64,000 nucleotides of DNA from Pseudomonadota bacterium (GTDB taxonomy: Bacteria > Pseudomonadota > Gammaproteobacteria > Pseudomonadales > Oleiphilaceae): contig JBNJDI010000001.1 of NCBI GenBank assembly GCA_051744725.1, forward strand, positions 11,455 to 75,454, given 5' to 3'. Shown piece after piece: positions 10,547 to 21,437 of the stretch. Both the position numbers and the translations under genes were made by a program. Every line of letters starts with the position of its first letter. Within the stretch, counting starts at the first letter, position 1. The notes below the pieces were generated by a model. The model did not search any database. It was given only the letters and a program-made list of their open reading frames with translations, and was not told the DNA's origin.

Positions 10547-13546
10547 ATGAAAAGAATGCTGATCAATGCAACTCACGAAGAGGAGTTGCGTGTCGCTCTG
10601 GTTGATGGCCAGCGTCTGGTCGATCTTGATATCGAATCCAGCACCCGCGAACAGAAGAAATCCAACATCTACAAGGGGCGCATCACCCGCATCGAGCCCA
10701 GCCTTGAAGCAGCCTTCATTGATTACGGCTCCGAACGTCACGGGTTCCTGCCCCTGAAGGAAATCGCCCGCGAGTACTTCAGCAAGGCCCCGTCCGAGAT
10801 TGATGGCAAGATCAACATCAAGGACGTGCTCAACGAGGGCCAGGAACTGATCGTCCAGGTCGACAAGGAAGAGCGTGGCAACAAGGGCGCGGCCCTGACC
10901 ACCTTTATCACCCTCGCCGGGCGCTACCTGGTCCTGATGCCGAACAACCCCAGAGCCGGCGGCATCTCGCGCCGCATCCAGGGCGATGAGCGCAGCCAGC
11001 TCAAGGACGCCATGTCCGGGCTGAAGGTGCCCAAGGCCATGGGTGTGATCGTCCGCACCGCCGGTATTGGCCGCGAAACCGAAGAGCTGCAGTGGGACCT
11101 GGATTACCTGCTGCAGTTCTGGGACGCCATCACCCAGGCCGCGGAAGCGCGCAAGGCCCCCTTCCTGATCTACCAGGAAAGCAACGTCATCATCCGGGCC
11201 GTGCGCGACTACCTGCGCCAGGACATCACCGAGGTGATGATCGACTCCCCCAGCGTGTACGAGGACGTGCTCAACTTCGTTCGGGCGGTGATGCCCTCGT
11301 TCGAGAACCGGATAAAACTCTATACGGACGACATCCCGCTGCTGAGCCGGTATCAGATCGAGGCCCAGATCGAGACCGCCTTCCAGCGGGAGGTGTCCCT
11401 GCCCTCCGGTGGCTCGCTGGTGATCGACCCCACCGAGGCACTGGTGTCCATCGACATCAACTCCTCGCGCGCCACCCGGGGCGGTGACATCGAGGAGACG
11501 GCCTTCCAGACCAACCTGGAGGCGGCGGACGAGATTGCACGGCAACTGCGCCTGCGCGATATCGGCGGCCTGATCGTGATCGACTTCATCGACATGTCCC
11601 CCAACCGCCACCAGCGCGAGGTCGAGCAGCGTATCCGTGAAGCACTGGAGCTGGATCGCGCCCGCGTGCAGCTGGGCCGCATTTCCCGCTTCGGCCTGAT
11701 GGAAATGTCTCGCCAGCGGCTGCGGCCCTCGCTGGGTGAGACCCGCAGCGAGGTCTGCCCGCGCTGTAACGGCCAGGGCTCCATCCGCAGCATGGAATCC
11801 CAGGCGCTGAGCATCATGCGCCTGATGTACGAGGAATCCTCCAAGGACAAGACCGCGGAAGTACGGGCCCTGGTGCCGGTCACGGTCGCCGCCTTCCTTC
11901 TCAACGAGAAGCGCGACGAGATCAACGCCATTGAGCGGCGCGAGAATGTGCGGGTGCGGGTGATTCCCTCCCAGAACCTGGAGACACCGCACTTCGAGGT
12001 CCAGCGCCTGCGCAGCGACGACACCGAGGTGACCGTCGGTGAAGCAAGCTTCGAGATCGCGGCAAGGCACGAGGACGAGCCGGAGGATGCCTGGTCCGTC
12101 GGCCAGAGCACCGGCGAGCGGGAAGAAGCCGCTGTGAAGGCGGTCACCCCGGCCAACCGCACCCCTGCCCCGGAACCCAAAGCCGAAACACCGGCAGCCG
12201 GTGAAACGCTCGGGTTCTGGCAACGGGTCGGACGCAAGCTCCAGACCATGTTCGCGCCCCCGGAAGAATCCGGTGGAAACCAGCAGGAAAGCGGCTCAGG
12301 CAACCAGCGCCAGGGCGGCGGCTCTACCGACCGGAAGCAGGCTCAGAGCGGCGACGGCCAGCAGCGCCAGCAGGGTGGTGGCCAGCAGCAGAGCGGGCGC
12401 CAGGGCCAGGACGGCAACAACCAGCGCGGCGGCCAGAACCGGCGCCGCCGTGGCGGCCAGAACCGCAACCGGGGCCAGGGACAGCAGGATTCGGACAGCC
12501 AGCAGAAGTCCGGTGGTAAGCAGGACGGCGGCAAGCAGGAAGGTTCCGGCCAGGGCGGCAAAGGCGGTGGCGGCAATCAGTCCCGCCAGTCCGGCAAAGG
12601 TGGCGGACAGAAAACCGGCGGTGATCAGAAGTCTGGTGCTGACCAGAAATCCAGCGCCGATCAGAAGCCCAAGGGCGAGCAGAAATCCGGTTCCGAGCGC
12701 AAGCCCGACACCGAGCAGAAGTCCGGTGGGGGCAACAAAGGCGGCGGTAACGACGGCGCCCCCCAGAAATCCAAGGGGGGAGGCAACCGTCGCAATCGTG
12801 ATTCGGACCGTGACGAGCAGAAGAAGGAGGAATCCCCTGACAAGCAGCCCCAGGGCGGCGGCGATAAGGCCCCCGAGGGCAGTGGCGACAACCAGGGCCG
12901 CTCCGACAACCGCAGAAAGAACCAGGGCCGTGGTGGTTCCGGTGGCAGGAACCGGAACCAGCAGGAAAGCGCCGCGGACGAAACACCGAACCCGGAATTC
13001 CAGCGTCCCCGTCGGCCCCGCCAGAAAAACGGCAAGCCTGCTGACCAGGAATCCGCCGGGGGTGTGACAACGGAAACCGGGAACGCCAGAGCGGAAACGG
13101 AATCCGGAGCTGAAGGTAAGGCCGCAGAGCCAAAAGCGAAGGCAAGCGCCGCAAAAGCGACGGAAACGCCTGCAGCTGAAAAGGACGCCGGTTCCGGCGA
13201 CGAAGGCACCGCTGAAAGTGCACGGCAGCCAGTGGACCCCCCGAAGGCGGCCCCCAGTGAGGCAGCTGCCACCGATGGTGAGCCCGCTGCCAGTACTGAA
13301 GCCCGGAAACAGCCGGAAGCGGAGCCCCGGCCCGAATGGGCTCCCCAGGCTGAACCGGCAACCGCACCCGCACAGACGGCAACAGCGGAAACCGCAACCG
13401 ACGAGGCGGAGAACAGCCCGGCCGAGGATGAGGTTCACCTGGAGCCCATCAAGGGGCGTGCCTACAACGACCCGCGGGAAATCCGCCGGCGCCAGGAAGA
13501 GTTCCGCAGGGCCCGCAACCAGGCAAAGACCAGTGAACAGGAGTGA
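10547..13546 (+). CDS. rne: Ribonuclease E
   Basis: [18 protein letters not shown]1 domain, IDINS, CPRC Zn-link, amphipathic [14 protein letters not shown], disordered CTD ending GRAYNDPRE. Confidence 0.98.
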   Translation: MKRMLINATHEEELRVALVDGQRLVDLDIESSTREQKKSNIYKGRITRIEPSLEAAFIDYGSERHGFLPLKEIAREYFSKAPSEIDGKINIKDVLNEGQELIVQVDKEERGNKGAALTTFITLAGRYLVLMPNNPRAGGISRRIQGDERSQLKDAMSGLKVPKAMGVIVRTAGIGRETEELQWDLDYLLQFWDAITQAAEARKAPFLIYQESNVIIRAVRDYLRQDITEVMIDSPSVYEDVLNFVRAVMPSFENRIKLYTDDIPLLSRYQIEAQIETAFQREVSLPSGGSLVIDPTEALVSIDINSSRATRGGDIEETAFQTNLEAADEIARQLRLRDIGGLIVIDFIDMSPNRHQREVEQRIREALELDRARVQLGRISRFGLMEMSRQRLRPSLGETRSEVCPRCNGQGSIRSMESQALSIMRLMYEESSKDKTAEVRALVPVTVAAFLLNEKRDEINAIERRENVRVRVIPSQNLETPHFEVQRLRSDDTEVTVGEASFEIAARHEDEPEDAWSVGQSTGEREEAAVKAVTPANRTPAPEPKAETPAAGETLGFWQRVGRKLQTMFAPPEESGGNQQESGSGNQRQGGGSTDRKQAQSGDGQQRQQGGGQQQSGRQGQDGNNQRGGQNRRRRGGQNRNRGQGQQDSDSQQKSGGKQDGGKQEGSGQGGKGGGGNQSRQSGKGGGQKTGGDQKSGADQKSSADQKPKGEQKSGSERKPDTEQKSGGGNKGGGNDGAPQKSKGGGNRRNRDSDRDEQKKEESPDKQPQGGGDKAPEGSGDNQGRSDNRRKNQGRGGSGGRNRNQQESAADETPNPEFQRPRRPRQKNGKPADQESAGGVTTETGNARAETESGAEGKAAEPKAKASAAKATETPAAEKDAGSGDEGTAESARQPVDPPKAAPSEAAATDGEPAASTEARKQPEAEPRPEWAPQAEPATAPAQTATAETATDEAENSPAEDEVHLEPIKGRAYNDPREIRRRQEEFRRARNQAKTSEQE
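12608..12733 (+). repeat. Seven degenerate 18-nt (hexapeptide) tandem repeats in RNase E CTD
   Basis: [42 protein letters not shown]; CAGAA(A/G) recurs every 18 nt. Confidence 0.8.
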
Positions 13547-13555
13547 CACCAGGTT

Positions 13556-14095
13556 ATGCTGACCGATCAGGACGTGGAAACCCTTGAGTCATTCCTGTTC
13601 GCCCCGGGACAGAGCGATGAGGCACTGGATGTGTTTGGCCTCCACGGAGTGGTTACAGCCTCCGTTGTGGGGCCGGTGCCGGTATCGGTGGAACGCATCC
13701 ACGCCATCGCCACTGCCCAGCCCGAGGCCGGCGGCGATGCCATGCCCGACGAGTTCGGGACACTGGTATCACGGCTTGCCAGGACCATCCAGCAGGAGCT
13801 GGAACAGGGTCAGACGCTGGAGCTGCCGGAACCCGAGGATGACGACACCGCCGAGGAGGCGCTTGAGAACTGGTGTGCGGGTTTTACGGACACCTTCCTG
13901 CTGGATGAGGATCAGTGGTTGGGCGAGGACGAGGAAACCGTGGGGCAGCTGATGACGCCCATCCTGACCCTCTCAAACCTGTTCGATGATGAAGCCTTCC
14001 AGCAGGCGCGCAAGGACCCCAAGCGCCTGGCGGACTATGCCGACGCCATACCGGAACTGCTGACGGACCTCTACCTGCACTATCATTCGCCCTGA
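13556..14095 (+). CDS. YecA/UPF0149 family protein
   Basis: LDVFGLHGVVTASVVGP, LENWCAGF, IPELL; acidic; no C-terminal SEC-C motif. Confidence 0.8.
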   Translation: MLTDQDVETLESFLFAPGQSDEALDVFGLHGVVTASVVGPVPVSVERIHAIATAQPEAGGDAMPDEFGTLVSRLARTIQQELEQGQTLELPEPEDDDTAEEALENWCAGFTDTFLLDEDQWLGEDEETVGQLMTPILTLSNLFDDEAFQQARKDPKRLADYADAIPELLTDLYLHYHSP

Positions 14096-14961
14096 AGGCG
14101 GGCCCGGGTCTCCCTCCGGAAGTGCCACCAGACCGGCTCAGGCCCGGCGGGCAGTTCCGGAAGGCGGCCCAGCTCGGACCAGGGCCGTTCCGGCCAGTGG
14201 AAATCACTGCCCCCCGAGGCCCAGAGCCCGCCATCCAGGCACAGGCGCGTGAGATAACCGCTGTCCTGGGGTGAATGCCCGGCACTGAGCACCTCCAGAG
14301 CCTGACCGCCGGCATCCTGGAATGCCTGTACCAGCTTCCTCAGCTTGTTGTTGGTCAGCCCGTAACGCCGCGGATGCGCCAGCACCGGAATGCCTCCCGC
14401 CTCGCGGATCCAGCCAACAACCTCGGCCAGTTCCGGCCAACAGGTCGCCACGTCTCCCACTTTGCCTGTTCCCAGATAGCGCTGGAACGCCTGCCGTGCC
14501 CCGGGAACCACACCCGCATCCACCAGCGCCCGGGCAAAATGGGGACGCCCCGGAACACCAGCCGCCAGGGCGCGCGCCTCTTCCAGCACCGAGGGCAACC
14601 CCTGTTTCCGCAGCCGCTCGTCAATGGTGCCCGCACGCTCGTGCCGGACACTCTCCTGCCCCTCCAGTGCCTTCAGAAAGCCCGCATCGTCCGGATCAAA
14701 GTCCAGGGCCACCACATGGATGGTCTGATTGCGCCAGAGGCAGGACAGTTCCACGCCGCTGACCAGATGCATGCCTTCCGCCGCGGCCGCCTCCCTGGCC
14801 TCCGCCACACCGGCAATGGTGTCATGGTCGGTCAGCGCCAGAACGCCCACGCCCTTCTCGACGGCGCGAGCGACCAATGAGGCCGGTGAAAGCCCGCCAT
14901 CGGAGGCGGTGCTGTGGCAGTGCAGATCCGCAAGCAGCGGCCTGGGTCCGTCAGTATGCAT
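14083..14961 (-). CDS. PHP-domain protein (YciV/RNase AM-like)
   Basis: [34 protein letters not shown]. Confidence 0.88.
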   Translation of the reverse strand: MHTDGPRPLLADLHCHSTASDGGLSPASLVARAVEKGVGVLALTDHDTIAGVAEAREAAAAEGMHLVSGVELSCLWRNQTIHVVALDFDPDDAGFLKALEGQESVRHERAGTIDERLRKQGLPSVLEEARALAAGVPGRPHFARALVDAGVVPGARQAFQRYLGTGKVGDVATCWPELAEVVGWIREAGGIPVLAHPRRYGLTNNKLRKLVQAFQDAGGQALEVLSAGHSPQDSGYLTRLCLDGGLWASGGSDFHWPERPWSELGRLPELPAGPEPVWWHFRRETRARLQGE

Positions 14962-15073
14962 AGTGCTCCGGGAAATGCTGCTCCATGCCGGGATTGGCGC
15001 GAAGGCGGGGGCAGCTTATCATAGGCGCCTGTTGATACTCATACGCACCCGTTTTTCCAGGCAGGAGATCCGT

Positions 15074-15373
15074 ATGTACTACGCCATCATCGCCGACGAT
15101 GTTGCTGGGAGTCTTGAACGCCGCAAGCAGGCCCGAGCTGCGCACCTTGAGCGCCTTGAGGCCCTCAAGCGCGAAGGCCGCCTGCTCATGGCCGGGCCTT
15201 TCCCCGCGGAGGATACCACCGAACCGGGAGAGGCTGGCTTCACCGGCAGCCTGGTGGTGGCGGAGTTTGAATCCCAGGCAGCCGCACAGGCCTGGGCGGA
15301 TGCGGATCCCTACGTGGAAGCAGGGGTTTACGAAAAGGTTACAGTCAGGCCATTCAAACCAGTGCTGCCCTGA
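15074..15373 (+). CDS. yciI: YciI family protein
   Basis: MYYAIIADD...RAAHLERL...LLMAGP...GSLVVAEF...DPYVEAGVY. Confidence 0.92.
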   Translation: MYYAIIADDVAGSLERRKQARAAHLERLEALKREGRLLMAGPFPAEDTTEPGEAGFTGSLVVAEFESQAAAQAWADADPYVEAGVYEKVTVRPFKPVLP

Positions 15374-15437
15374 GCCTCACTGGGCAAGGCGAATGCGCTG
15401 TGGCAGAATCCGGACTCGTTTAACAGGGAATGACATC

Positions 15438-16127
15438 ATGACCCCAAAGAAAGGCATGGACAGAGCATTACGCTGCATCGTACCGCTGCTGCTTGTGCTG
15501 GCCTCCGTGGCACAGGCCGAAACCCAATATGTGGACGATGTGATCTACGTTCCGGTCCGCTCAGGCCCTGGCAACGAGTACCGGATCGTCGAGTCCGCCC
15601 TGCGCAGCGGCACGCCCGTCGAGGTGGTCGAGGAGGACGTGGAGAACGACTATTCGCGTGTACGCTTTGGTGATGACGAGGAGGGTTACATCGCAACCCG
15701 CTTCCTGAGCTCCGAGCGCATTGCGGAAGACCGGCTCCAGGACGTCCAGGAGGAGCTGGCCGGCACTGAGGAGGAGCTCTCCGGGGCGCGCTCCCAGCTG
15801 GAGGAGACCCGTTCCGAGCTTGAGCAGGTGCAGCAGGAGAAAGAGTCCCTGGAGTCGGAACTCAGCGACACCAGTGATGAACTCGATCGCATCCGCACCA
15901 TCTCCGAGGACGCGATCAACCTCGAGAAGCGCAACCGCGAGCTGCGCGAGGAACGCCAGGAGCTGCGCAAGGAAGTCGAGCTGCTGACCAACGAGAACCA
16001 GCGCCTCGAGGACAGCCGCGAATCCAGCTACCTGCTGACCGGTGGCGGCCTGGTGATCGCGGGCATTTTCATAGCCGTTATCTTCCCGCTGCTCAAACCC
16101 AGCCGCAAGAGCGAAAACTGGGCCTGA
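15438..16127 (+). CDS. SH3 domain protein (YgiM/TIGR04211-like)
   Basis: Signal peptide, VPVRSGPGNEYRI SH3b, coiled coil, C-terminal TM. Confidence 0.88.
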   Translation: MTPKKGMDRALRCIVPLLLVLASVAQAETQYVDDVIYVPVRSGPGNEYRIVESALRSGTPVEVVEEDVENDYSRVRFGDDEEGYIATRFLSSERIAEDRLQDVQEELAGTEEELSGARSQLEETRSELEQVQQEKESLESELSDTSDELDRIRTISEDAINLEKRNRELREERQELRKEVELLTNENQRLEDSRESSYLLTGGGLVIAGIFIAVIFPLLKPSRKSENWA

Positions 16128-16139
16128 CCATGGTCAGGC

Positions 16140-16436
16140 TCAGCGCTTGACCTCATCGATCCGCAGGCCCACACGCCAGCGGCCGCCGTCGATCGGTTCA
16201 CTTCTGAGTACGGTGGAAATGGTCTCGAAGGGCGGAAAATCCGGGTTGTTGGAGGGCAGCGATGTATGCAGCCGCTGCCCTTCCACCATCTCCCGATCCA
16301 TTTCAACCGCCATTCCAGTGGCGCTCAGGTCCACGCACCGCCCCTGCATTCTCTGATCACTGCCATCCTCGAAAAGCTCAACCACCGTGTCCACGTGCAT
16401 ACGGATAAAGTCGCGCTTCTCAGACGTATCCCGCAT
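16140..16436 (-). CDS. Stand-alone PilZ domain protein
   Basis: EKRDFIR (RxxxR) and DLSATG (DxSxxG); GGAGG upstream of ATG 16436. Confidence 0.88.
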   Translation of the reverse strand: MRDTSEKRDFIRMHVDTVVELFEDGSDQRMQGRCVDLSATGMAVEMDREMVEGQRLHTSLPSNNPDFPPFETISTVLRSEPIDGGRWRVGLRIDEVKR

Positions 16437-16589
16437 TGAGCCTCCAGTCATGAGATGATCCCGTCCCACGGTTGTTATTGTTACTGGTCGACTACGTTAT
16501 ACCGGGAGGGGGCCACGGGCGTCAAAGAATCAGATGGCATAAGGCGGGGCGGGAGCCGGAGGTGTGCGCCGGCTCCCGGAAACAGCCGG

Positions 16590-17087
16590 TTACACGGAGA
16601 CTTCCGGCAGTGGTTGGGCGGATACGATGATGCCGTTGTTATCGGCATAGACATAATGACCGGGCTCGAAGGTGACGCCGCCAAAGCTTACGGCCACATT
16701 CAGATCTCCCAGACCACGTTTCTCACTCTTACGCGGATGGGTAGCCAGTGCCTGAACGCCGATGTCCGTTTCGCCGATCACGTCCACATCCCGGATGCAG
16801 CCGTAGACAATCACGCCCTGCCAGCCGTTCTTCGAAGCCTTTTCAGCCAGCATGTCACCGAGCAGGGCAATACGCAGCGAGCCGCCGCCATCGACGACGA
16901 GCACCTTGCCGTGCCCCTCCTTGCCGACCTGCTCCTTGACCACGGAGTTGTCCTCAAAGCATTTAACAGTCACGATTTCACCACCAAAAGCGCTGCGCCC
17001 GCCCAGGTTCACGAACATGGGCGCCACCACAGCCACTTCCGGATGCTCATCCACAAGGTCCGGTGTAACGATTGTCTCTTGCGACAC
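16590..17087 (-). CDS. rraA: RraA family protein (regulator of RNase E / HMG aldolase fold)
   Basis: [35 protein letters not shown]. Confidence 0.93.
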   Translation of the reverse strand: MSQETIVTPDLVDEHPEVAVVAPMFVNLGGRSAFGGEIVTVKCFEDNSVVKEQVGKEGHGKVLVVDGGGSLRIALLGDMLAEKASKNGWQGVIVYGCIRDVDVIGETDIGVQALATHPRKSEKRGLGDLNVAVSFGGVTFEPGHYVYADNNGIIVSAQPLPEVSV

Positions 17088-17113
17088 GATTTCCTCCTGA
17101 TCCAGTTGCGATT

Positions 17114-18037
17114 TCAGTCGATACTGTCCGCCCGCAGGTCACGGGTGTGTTCTGTCAGCCAGGCGCGGATATCATCCTGGAGCGCCGTCCCCAGAGTACT
17201 CTGTCCGGCTGGGCTTCTTCCGCCGTCTCCGGGACCCAGTGTGTGACGGACCTGTCCGCCAAGATTGCCCGCAAAGCCGCGCACCGTTGCCTCGTCATCC
17301 TCGACACCGACCACGAGCCCCGGGCAGCGGATGACACGCAGTCCTTCGTGGGTGGGGTGCCCCTTGCCCCTGCGGTACCGTTTCTGGGTCCGATACAGAT
17401 CACGGAACAGGGCGCTGGGCTCATCCTCCGGGCCCCAGCCGTGCAGCCCGCCCAGAAACCGCTGGCGCCGGCGCAGCCCCAGTTTCTCGCCCATGGTCGC
17501 CTCGGATTCCGTCCAGTGGGAATCCGCCCGGCCGGGGTCCACAAAGACCACAGCGGGCACCAGGCGCAGAAAGCGGTGATTGTTCACCAGGGCATGTGCC
17601 AGCATGCGGGCGCCAAGCCCCTGACCCAGCCAGGCCGGGGGCACGCCGCTCTGCTCTTCCACGAATCGCTGCACCGGGGGCAGGTCCTCCTCCGCCAGCA
17701 GCGCAATATGGCCCAGGGCCCAGTCGCGGTTACGCGGGGACATGCCGTGGCCGCGCATCTCCGGCATCCAGACGTCAAAACCGTAACGGGCAAGCAGCGC
17801 CGCCAGCCCCTCGCCCCCGGGGGAGAGCCACTGGCGCTTGTTCTGGAACTCCCGGTGGATGAGCACAACCGGTACGCGTCGGCCCTGCCAGGCCGGATCG
17901 CGCACCCGGGTCACCGCGATGCGGACGCTGGGATCCGGGCTCACGCCGGGGTTCAGCAGGTACACATCCTCATAGAGGTCAGCGGCCATTTCGGTGGCCG
18001 ACAGGGTCACCGGAAACAATCGGCTACTGCTCTGCAT
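17114..18037 (-). CDS. Alpha/beta-hydrolase fold protein, apparently lacking its catalytic residues
   Basis: [15 protein letters not shown] motif and position between ppsA and rraA as for the Pseudomonas esterase; nucleophile elbow reads GQGLG. Confidence 0.75.
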   Translation of the reverse strand: MQSSSRLFPVTLSATEMAADLYEDVYLLNPGVSPDPSVRIAVTRVRDPAWQGRRVPVVLIHREFQNKRQWLSPGGEGLAALLARYGFDVWMPEMRGHGMSPRNRDWALGHIALLAEEDLPPVQRFVEEQSGVPPAWLGQGLGARMLAHALVNNHRFLRLVPAVVFVDPGRADSHWTESEATMGEKLGLRRRQRFLGGLHGWGPEDEPSALFRDLYRTQKRYRRGKGHPTHEGLRVIRCPGLVVGVEDDEATVRGFAGNLGGQVRHTLGPGDGGRSPAGQSTLGTALQDDIRAWLTEHTRDLRADSID

Positions 18038-18077
18038 ACCCGCGTTCCTCAAACCAGCCAGGGGTTACACCGGACGT

Positions 18078-20456
18078 TCAGGAGTGCTGCCCTTCCGCAA
18101 GGAAGAACCAGGTGTCCAGAACCGAATCCGGATTAAGCGAGACACTGTCGATGCCCTGATCCATCAACCATTTAGCCAGGTCCGGGTAGTCCGAGGGGCC
18201 CTGGCCACAGATGCCGACGTACTTGTTGGCCCTGCGGCAGGCGGCAATGGCGCTGGCAAGCAGCGACTTGACCGCCTCGTTGCGTTCATCAAACAGGTGG
18301 GCCACGATCCCGGAATCCCGATCCAGCCCGAGCGTGAGCTGGGTGAGGTCATTGGATCCGATGGAGAAGCCGTCAAAGTGCTCCAGGAATTCATCCGCCT
18401 GGAGGGCATTGGCCGGCAGTTCGCACATCATGATCACGCGCAGATCCTCGCGCCCGCGCTCGAGACCATTCTCCGCCAGCAGCTCCACCACCTGGCGGCC
18501 CTCGCCCGGCGTGCGTACGAACGGCACCATGACCTCGACGTTATTCAGGCCCATCTCGTCCCGCACGCGGGTCAGTGCCCGGCATTCAAGCTCAAAGCAG
18601 TCGCGGAAGGAATCCGAGATGTAACGGGAGGCGCCCCGGAAGCCGAGCATCGGGTTCTCTTCGTCCGGCTCGTACAGGGTGCCCCCGATCAGGTTGGCGT
18701 ATTCATTGGACTTGAAATCCGACAGCCGCACGATGACCGGCTTGGGATAGAAGGCGGCCGCCAGCGTGGAGATGCCCTCGACCAGTTTGTCCACGTAAAA
18801 GTCCACCGGTGAGTCGTAACCGGCGATGCGCTTCTCAACCGTCTGCTTGATGTCCCCCGGCAGCGATTCGAAATTCAGCAGTGCCTTGGGGTGAACGCCG
18901 ATCATGCGGTTGATGATGAACTCCAGCCGGGCAAGCCCCACGCCCTCGTTCGGCATGGCCTGGAAGTCAAAGGCCCGGTCCGGGTTGCCGACGTTCATCA
19001 TGATGCGGAACGGCAGCTTGGGCATGGATTCAACGGAATTCTCGCGCAGCTCGAAATCCAGCCGGCCGTCATAAACCAGCCCGGTATCGCCCTCGGCGCA
19101 GGAGACCGTGAGTTCCTGGCCTTCCTGGACCAGCTCGGAGGCATTACCGCAGCCGACAACAGCGGGAATACCCAGCTCCCGGGCAATGATGGCCGCGTGG
19201 CAGGTACGCCCGCCACGGTCGGTGATGATCGCGGCCGAACGCTTCATGACCGGCTCCCAGTCGGGATCGGTCATGTCCGTTACCAGCACATCCCCTTCCT
19301 GGACGCGGTCCATCTCGTTGATACTGGTAACGATCCGCGCCGGGCCGGCACCGATGCGGTGACCAATGCTCCGGCCCTCAACCAGCACGGTGCCCTTCTC
19401 CTTGAGCAGGTAGCGCTCCATGGTGTGCAGCCCCTTGCGGCTGCGGACCGTCTCCGGGCGCGCCTGCACGATGAACAGCTGGCCGGTGTCACCATCCTTG
19501 GCCCACTCAATGTCCATGGGCCGACCATAGTGCTTTTCGATGGTCAGCGCCTGGCGGGTGAGTTCGGTGACATCCTCATCAGAGAGGCAGAACCGGTTGC
19601 GATCCGCCGCATCCACCTTGACCGTCTCGACTGAACGGCCCATTTCGCCGTCACCGGCATAGACCATCTTGATGGCCTTGCTGCCCAGATTGCGCCGCAG
19701 AACGGCAGGGTGTCCGGCCTCGAAGGTGGGCTTGTGCACGTAGAATTCGTCCGGATTGACCGCACCCTGCACCACTGTCTCACCCAGGCCATAGGAGGCG
19801 GTGATGAACACCACCTCCTGGAAACCGGATTCGGTATCGAGGGTGAACATCACGCCGCTGCTGCCGGTCTCGCTGCGCACCATGCGCTGGATACCGGCCG
19901 AAAGCGCCACCTTGTTATGGTCAAAACCGTGATGCACGCGGTAGGAAATCGCCCGGTCATTGAACAGGGAGGCGAACACCTCCTTGATGGCGAGTTTGAC
20001 GTTGTCCAGCCCGACGATGTTCAGAAAGGTCTCCTGCTGGCCCGCAAAGGAGGCATCCGGGAGATCTTCCGCCGTCGCGGAGGAGCGCACCGCTACCGCC
20101 ATGCGTTCGTTACCGTCCTGCATGGCGCCGAAGCGCTCCGCAATCGCCTGCTCCAGCGCCGGGGGGAAAGGCGTATCGATGATCCACTGACGGATCTTTG
20201 CGCCGACCCGTGCCAGTTCGTTCACGTCATTGATGTCCAGACTGTTCAGGGTCTCATCAATGCGCTGGCGCAGTCCGTCCTTCTCAAGAAACTCGCGGTA
20301 GGCCTGTGCTGTGGTGGCGAACCCACCGGGTACCGTCACACCGGCATTGGCGAGGTTACTGATCATCTCCCCGAGGGAGGCATTCTTGCCGCCCACGCGC
20401 TCGACATCGTCCATGCCGAGTTGCTCGAATCCGATGATGAAATCGTCCAAAGCCAA
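18078..20456 (-). CDS. ppsA: Phosphoenolpyruvate synthase
   Basis: [42 protein letters not shown]. Confidence 0.98.
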   Translation of the reverse strand: MALDDFIIGFEQLGMDDVERVGGKNASLGEMISNLANAGVTVPGGFATTAQAYREFLEKDGLRQRIDETLNSLDINDVNELARVGAKIRQWIIDTPFPPALEQAIAERFGAMQDGNERMAVAVRSSATAEDLPDASFAGQQETFLNIVGLDNVKLAIKEVFASLFNDRAISYRVHHGFDHNKVALSAGIQRMVRSETGSSGVMFTLDTESGFQEVVFITASYGLGETVVQGAVNPDEFYVHKPTFEAGHPAVLRRNLGSKAIKMVYAGDGEMGRSVETVKVDAADRNRFCLSDEDVTELTRQALTIEKHYGRPMDIEWAKDGDTGQLFIVQARPETVRSRKGLHTMERYLLKEKGTVLVEGRSIGHRIGAGPARIVTSINEMDRVQEGDVLVTDMTDPDWEPVMKRSAAIITDRGGRTCHAAIIARELGIPAVVGCGNASELVQEGQELTVSCAEGDTGLVYDGRLDFELRENSVESMPKLPFRIMMNVGNPDRAFDFQAMPNEGVGLARLEFIINRMIGVHPKALLNFESLPGDIKQTVEKRIAGYDSPVDFYVDKLVEGISTLAAAFYPKPVIVRLSDFKSNEYANLIGGTLYEPDEENPMLGFRGASRYISDSFRDCFELECRALTRVRDEMGLNNVEVMVPFVRTPGEGRQVVELLAENGLERGREDLRVIMMCELPANALQADEFLEHFDGFSIGSNDLTQLTLGLDRDSGIVAHLFDERNEAVKSLLASAIAACRRANKYVGICGQGPSDYPDLAKWLMDQGIDSVSLNPDSVLDTWFFLAEGQHS

Positions 20457-20618
20457 TCTCCCTCGTTATTGCCTGTCACCCGGGGCGCCACGCGCCCTGT
20501 AGAGCCCGCGTATCATACTGTAACCGGCAGGGTTATCTCCACCATTGCGCGGAGCGGGTTCACAGACCGACCGTATCGGCCTAGGATACCGGAAAATCAG
20601 GAGAGAGCCCCACGCCCC

Positions 20619-21437
20619 ATGAAACGCACCGCCTTCTTCATCTCCGACGGCACCGGCATTACCGCGGAGGCCCTTGGCAACAGCCTCCTGGCCCAGTTCG
20701 ACAGCATCCAGTTCGAGAAGATCACCCTGCCCTACATCGACTCTGTGGGGAAAGCCCAGGAAGCGGTTGAGCAGATCAACAAGGCGGGGGAGCTTGACGG
20801 GGCGCGGCCGCTGACCTTCGACACCATCGTCGACAGCGAGATCCGGGGCGAACTTTCCAGAGCCGAAGCCTTCATGGTGGACATCTTCGGCACCTTCCTG
20901 TCGCCACTGGAGAACGAGCTCCATTCCAGCTCCTCCTACACCGTGGGCAAATCCCACGCCATCTCCCGGGATGGCGGCTATGAGGAGCGCATCAAGGCGG
21001 TGAACTACGCGCTGGAGAACGACGACGGCGCCCGCACACGCTACTACGACGACGCCGACGTCGTCCTGATCGGCCCGTCACGCAGCGGCAAGACGCCCAC
21101 CTGCCTGTACCTGGCCCTGCAGTATGGGATCAAGGCAGCGAATTACCCGCTGACCGAGGAGGATATGGAGGAGCAGCGCATTCCCTCGGCCCTGCAGCCC
21201 CACCGCCAGAAGCTCTTCGGGCTCACCATTGACCCCAACCGGCTGTCGGCGATCCGCAATGAACGCCGGCCCAACTCCGGTTACGCGTCCCTGCGCCAGT
21301 GCATGATGGAGGTCAATGAAGCCGAAAGCATGTACCGGCGCGAGCGCATCCCGAACCTGAACACCACGGACTACTCGGTGGAAGAGATCTCCACCCGTCT
21401 CCTGGTCCAGACCGGGATCGAACGCCGAGCACGCTGA
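20619..21437 (+). CDS. ppsR: PEP synthase regulatory kinase/pyrophosphorylase
   Basis: [35 protein letters not shown]; divergent from ppsA. Confidence 0.96.
   Translation: MKRTAFFISDGTGITAEALGNSLLAQFDSIQFEKITLPYIDSVGKAQEAVEQINKAGELDGARPLTFDTIVDSEIRGELSRAEAFMVDIFGTFLSPLENELHSSSSYTVGKSHAISRDGGYEERIKAVNYALENDDGARTRYYDDADVVLIGPSRSGKTPTCLYLALQYGIKAANYPLTEEDMEEQRIPSALQPHRQKLFGLTIDPNRLSAIRNERRPNSGYASLRQCMMEVNEAESMYRRERIPNLNTTDYSVEEISTRLLVQTGIERRAR

Noticed and set aside
13556-14095. YecA protein lacking SEC-C as a truncation or pseudogene
   Set aside because: The UPF0149 domain is complete with a clean stop, and SEC-C-less members are common
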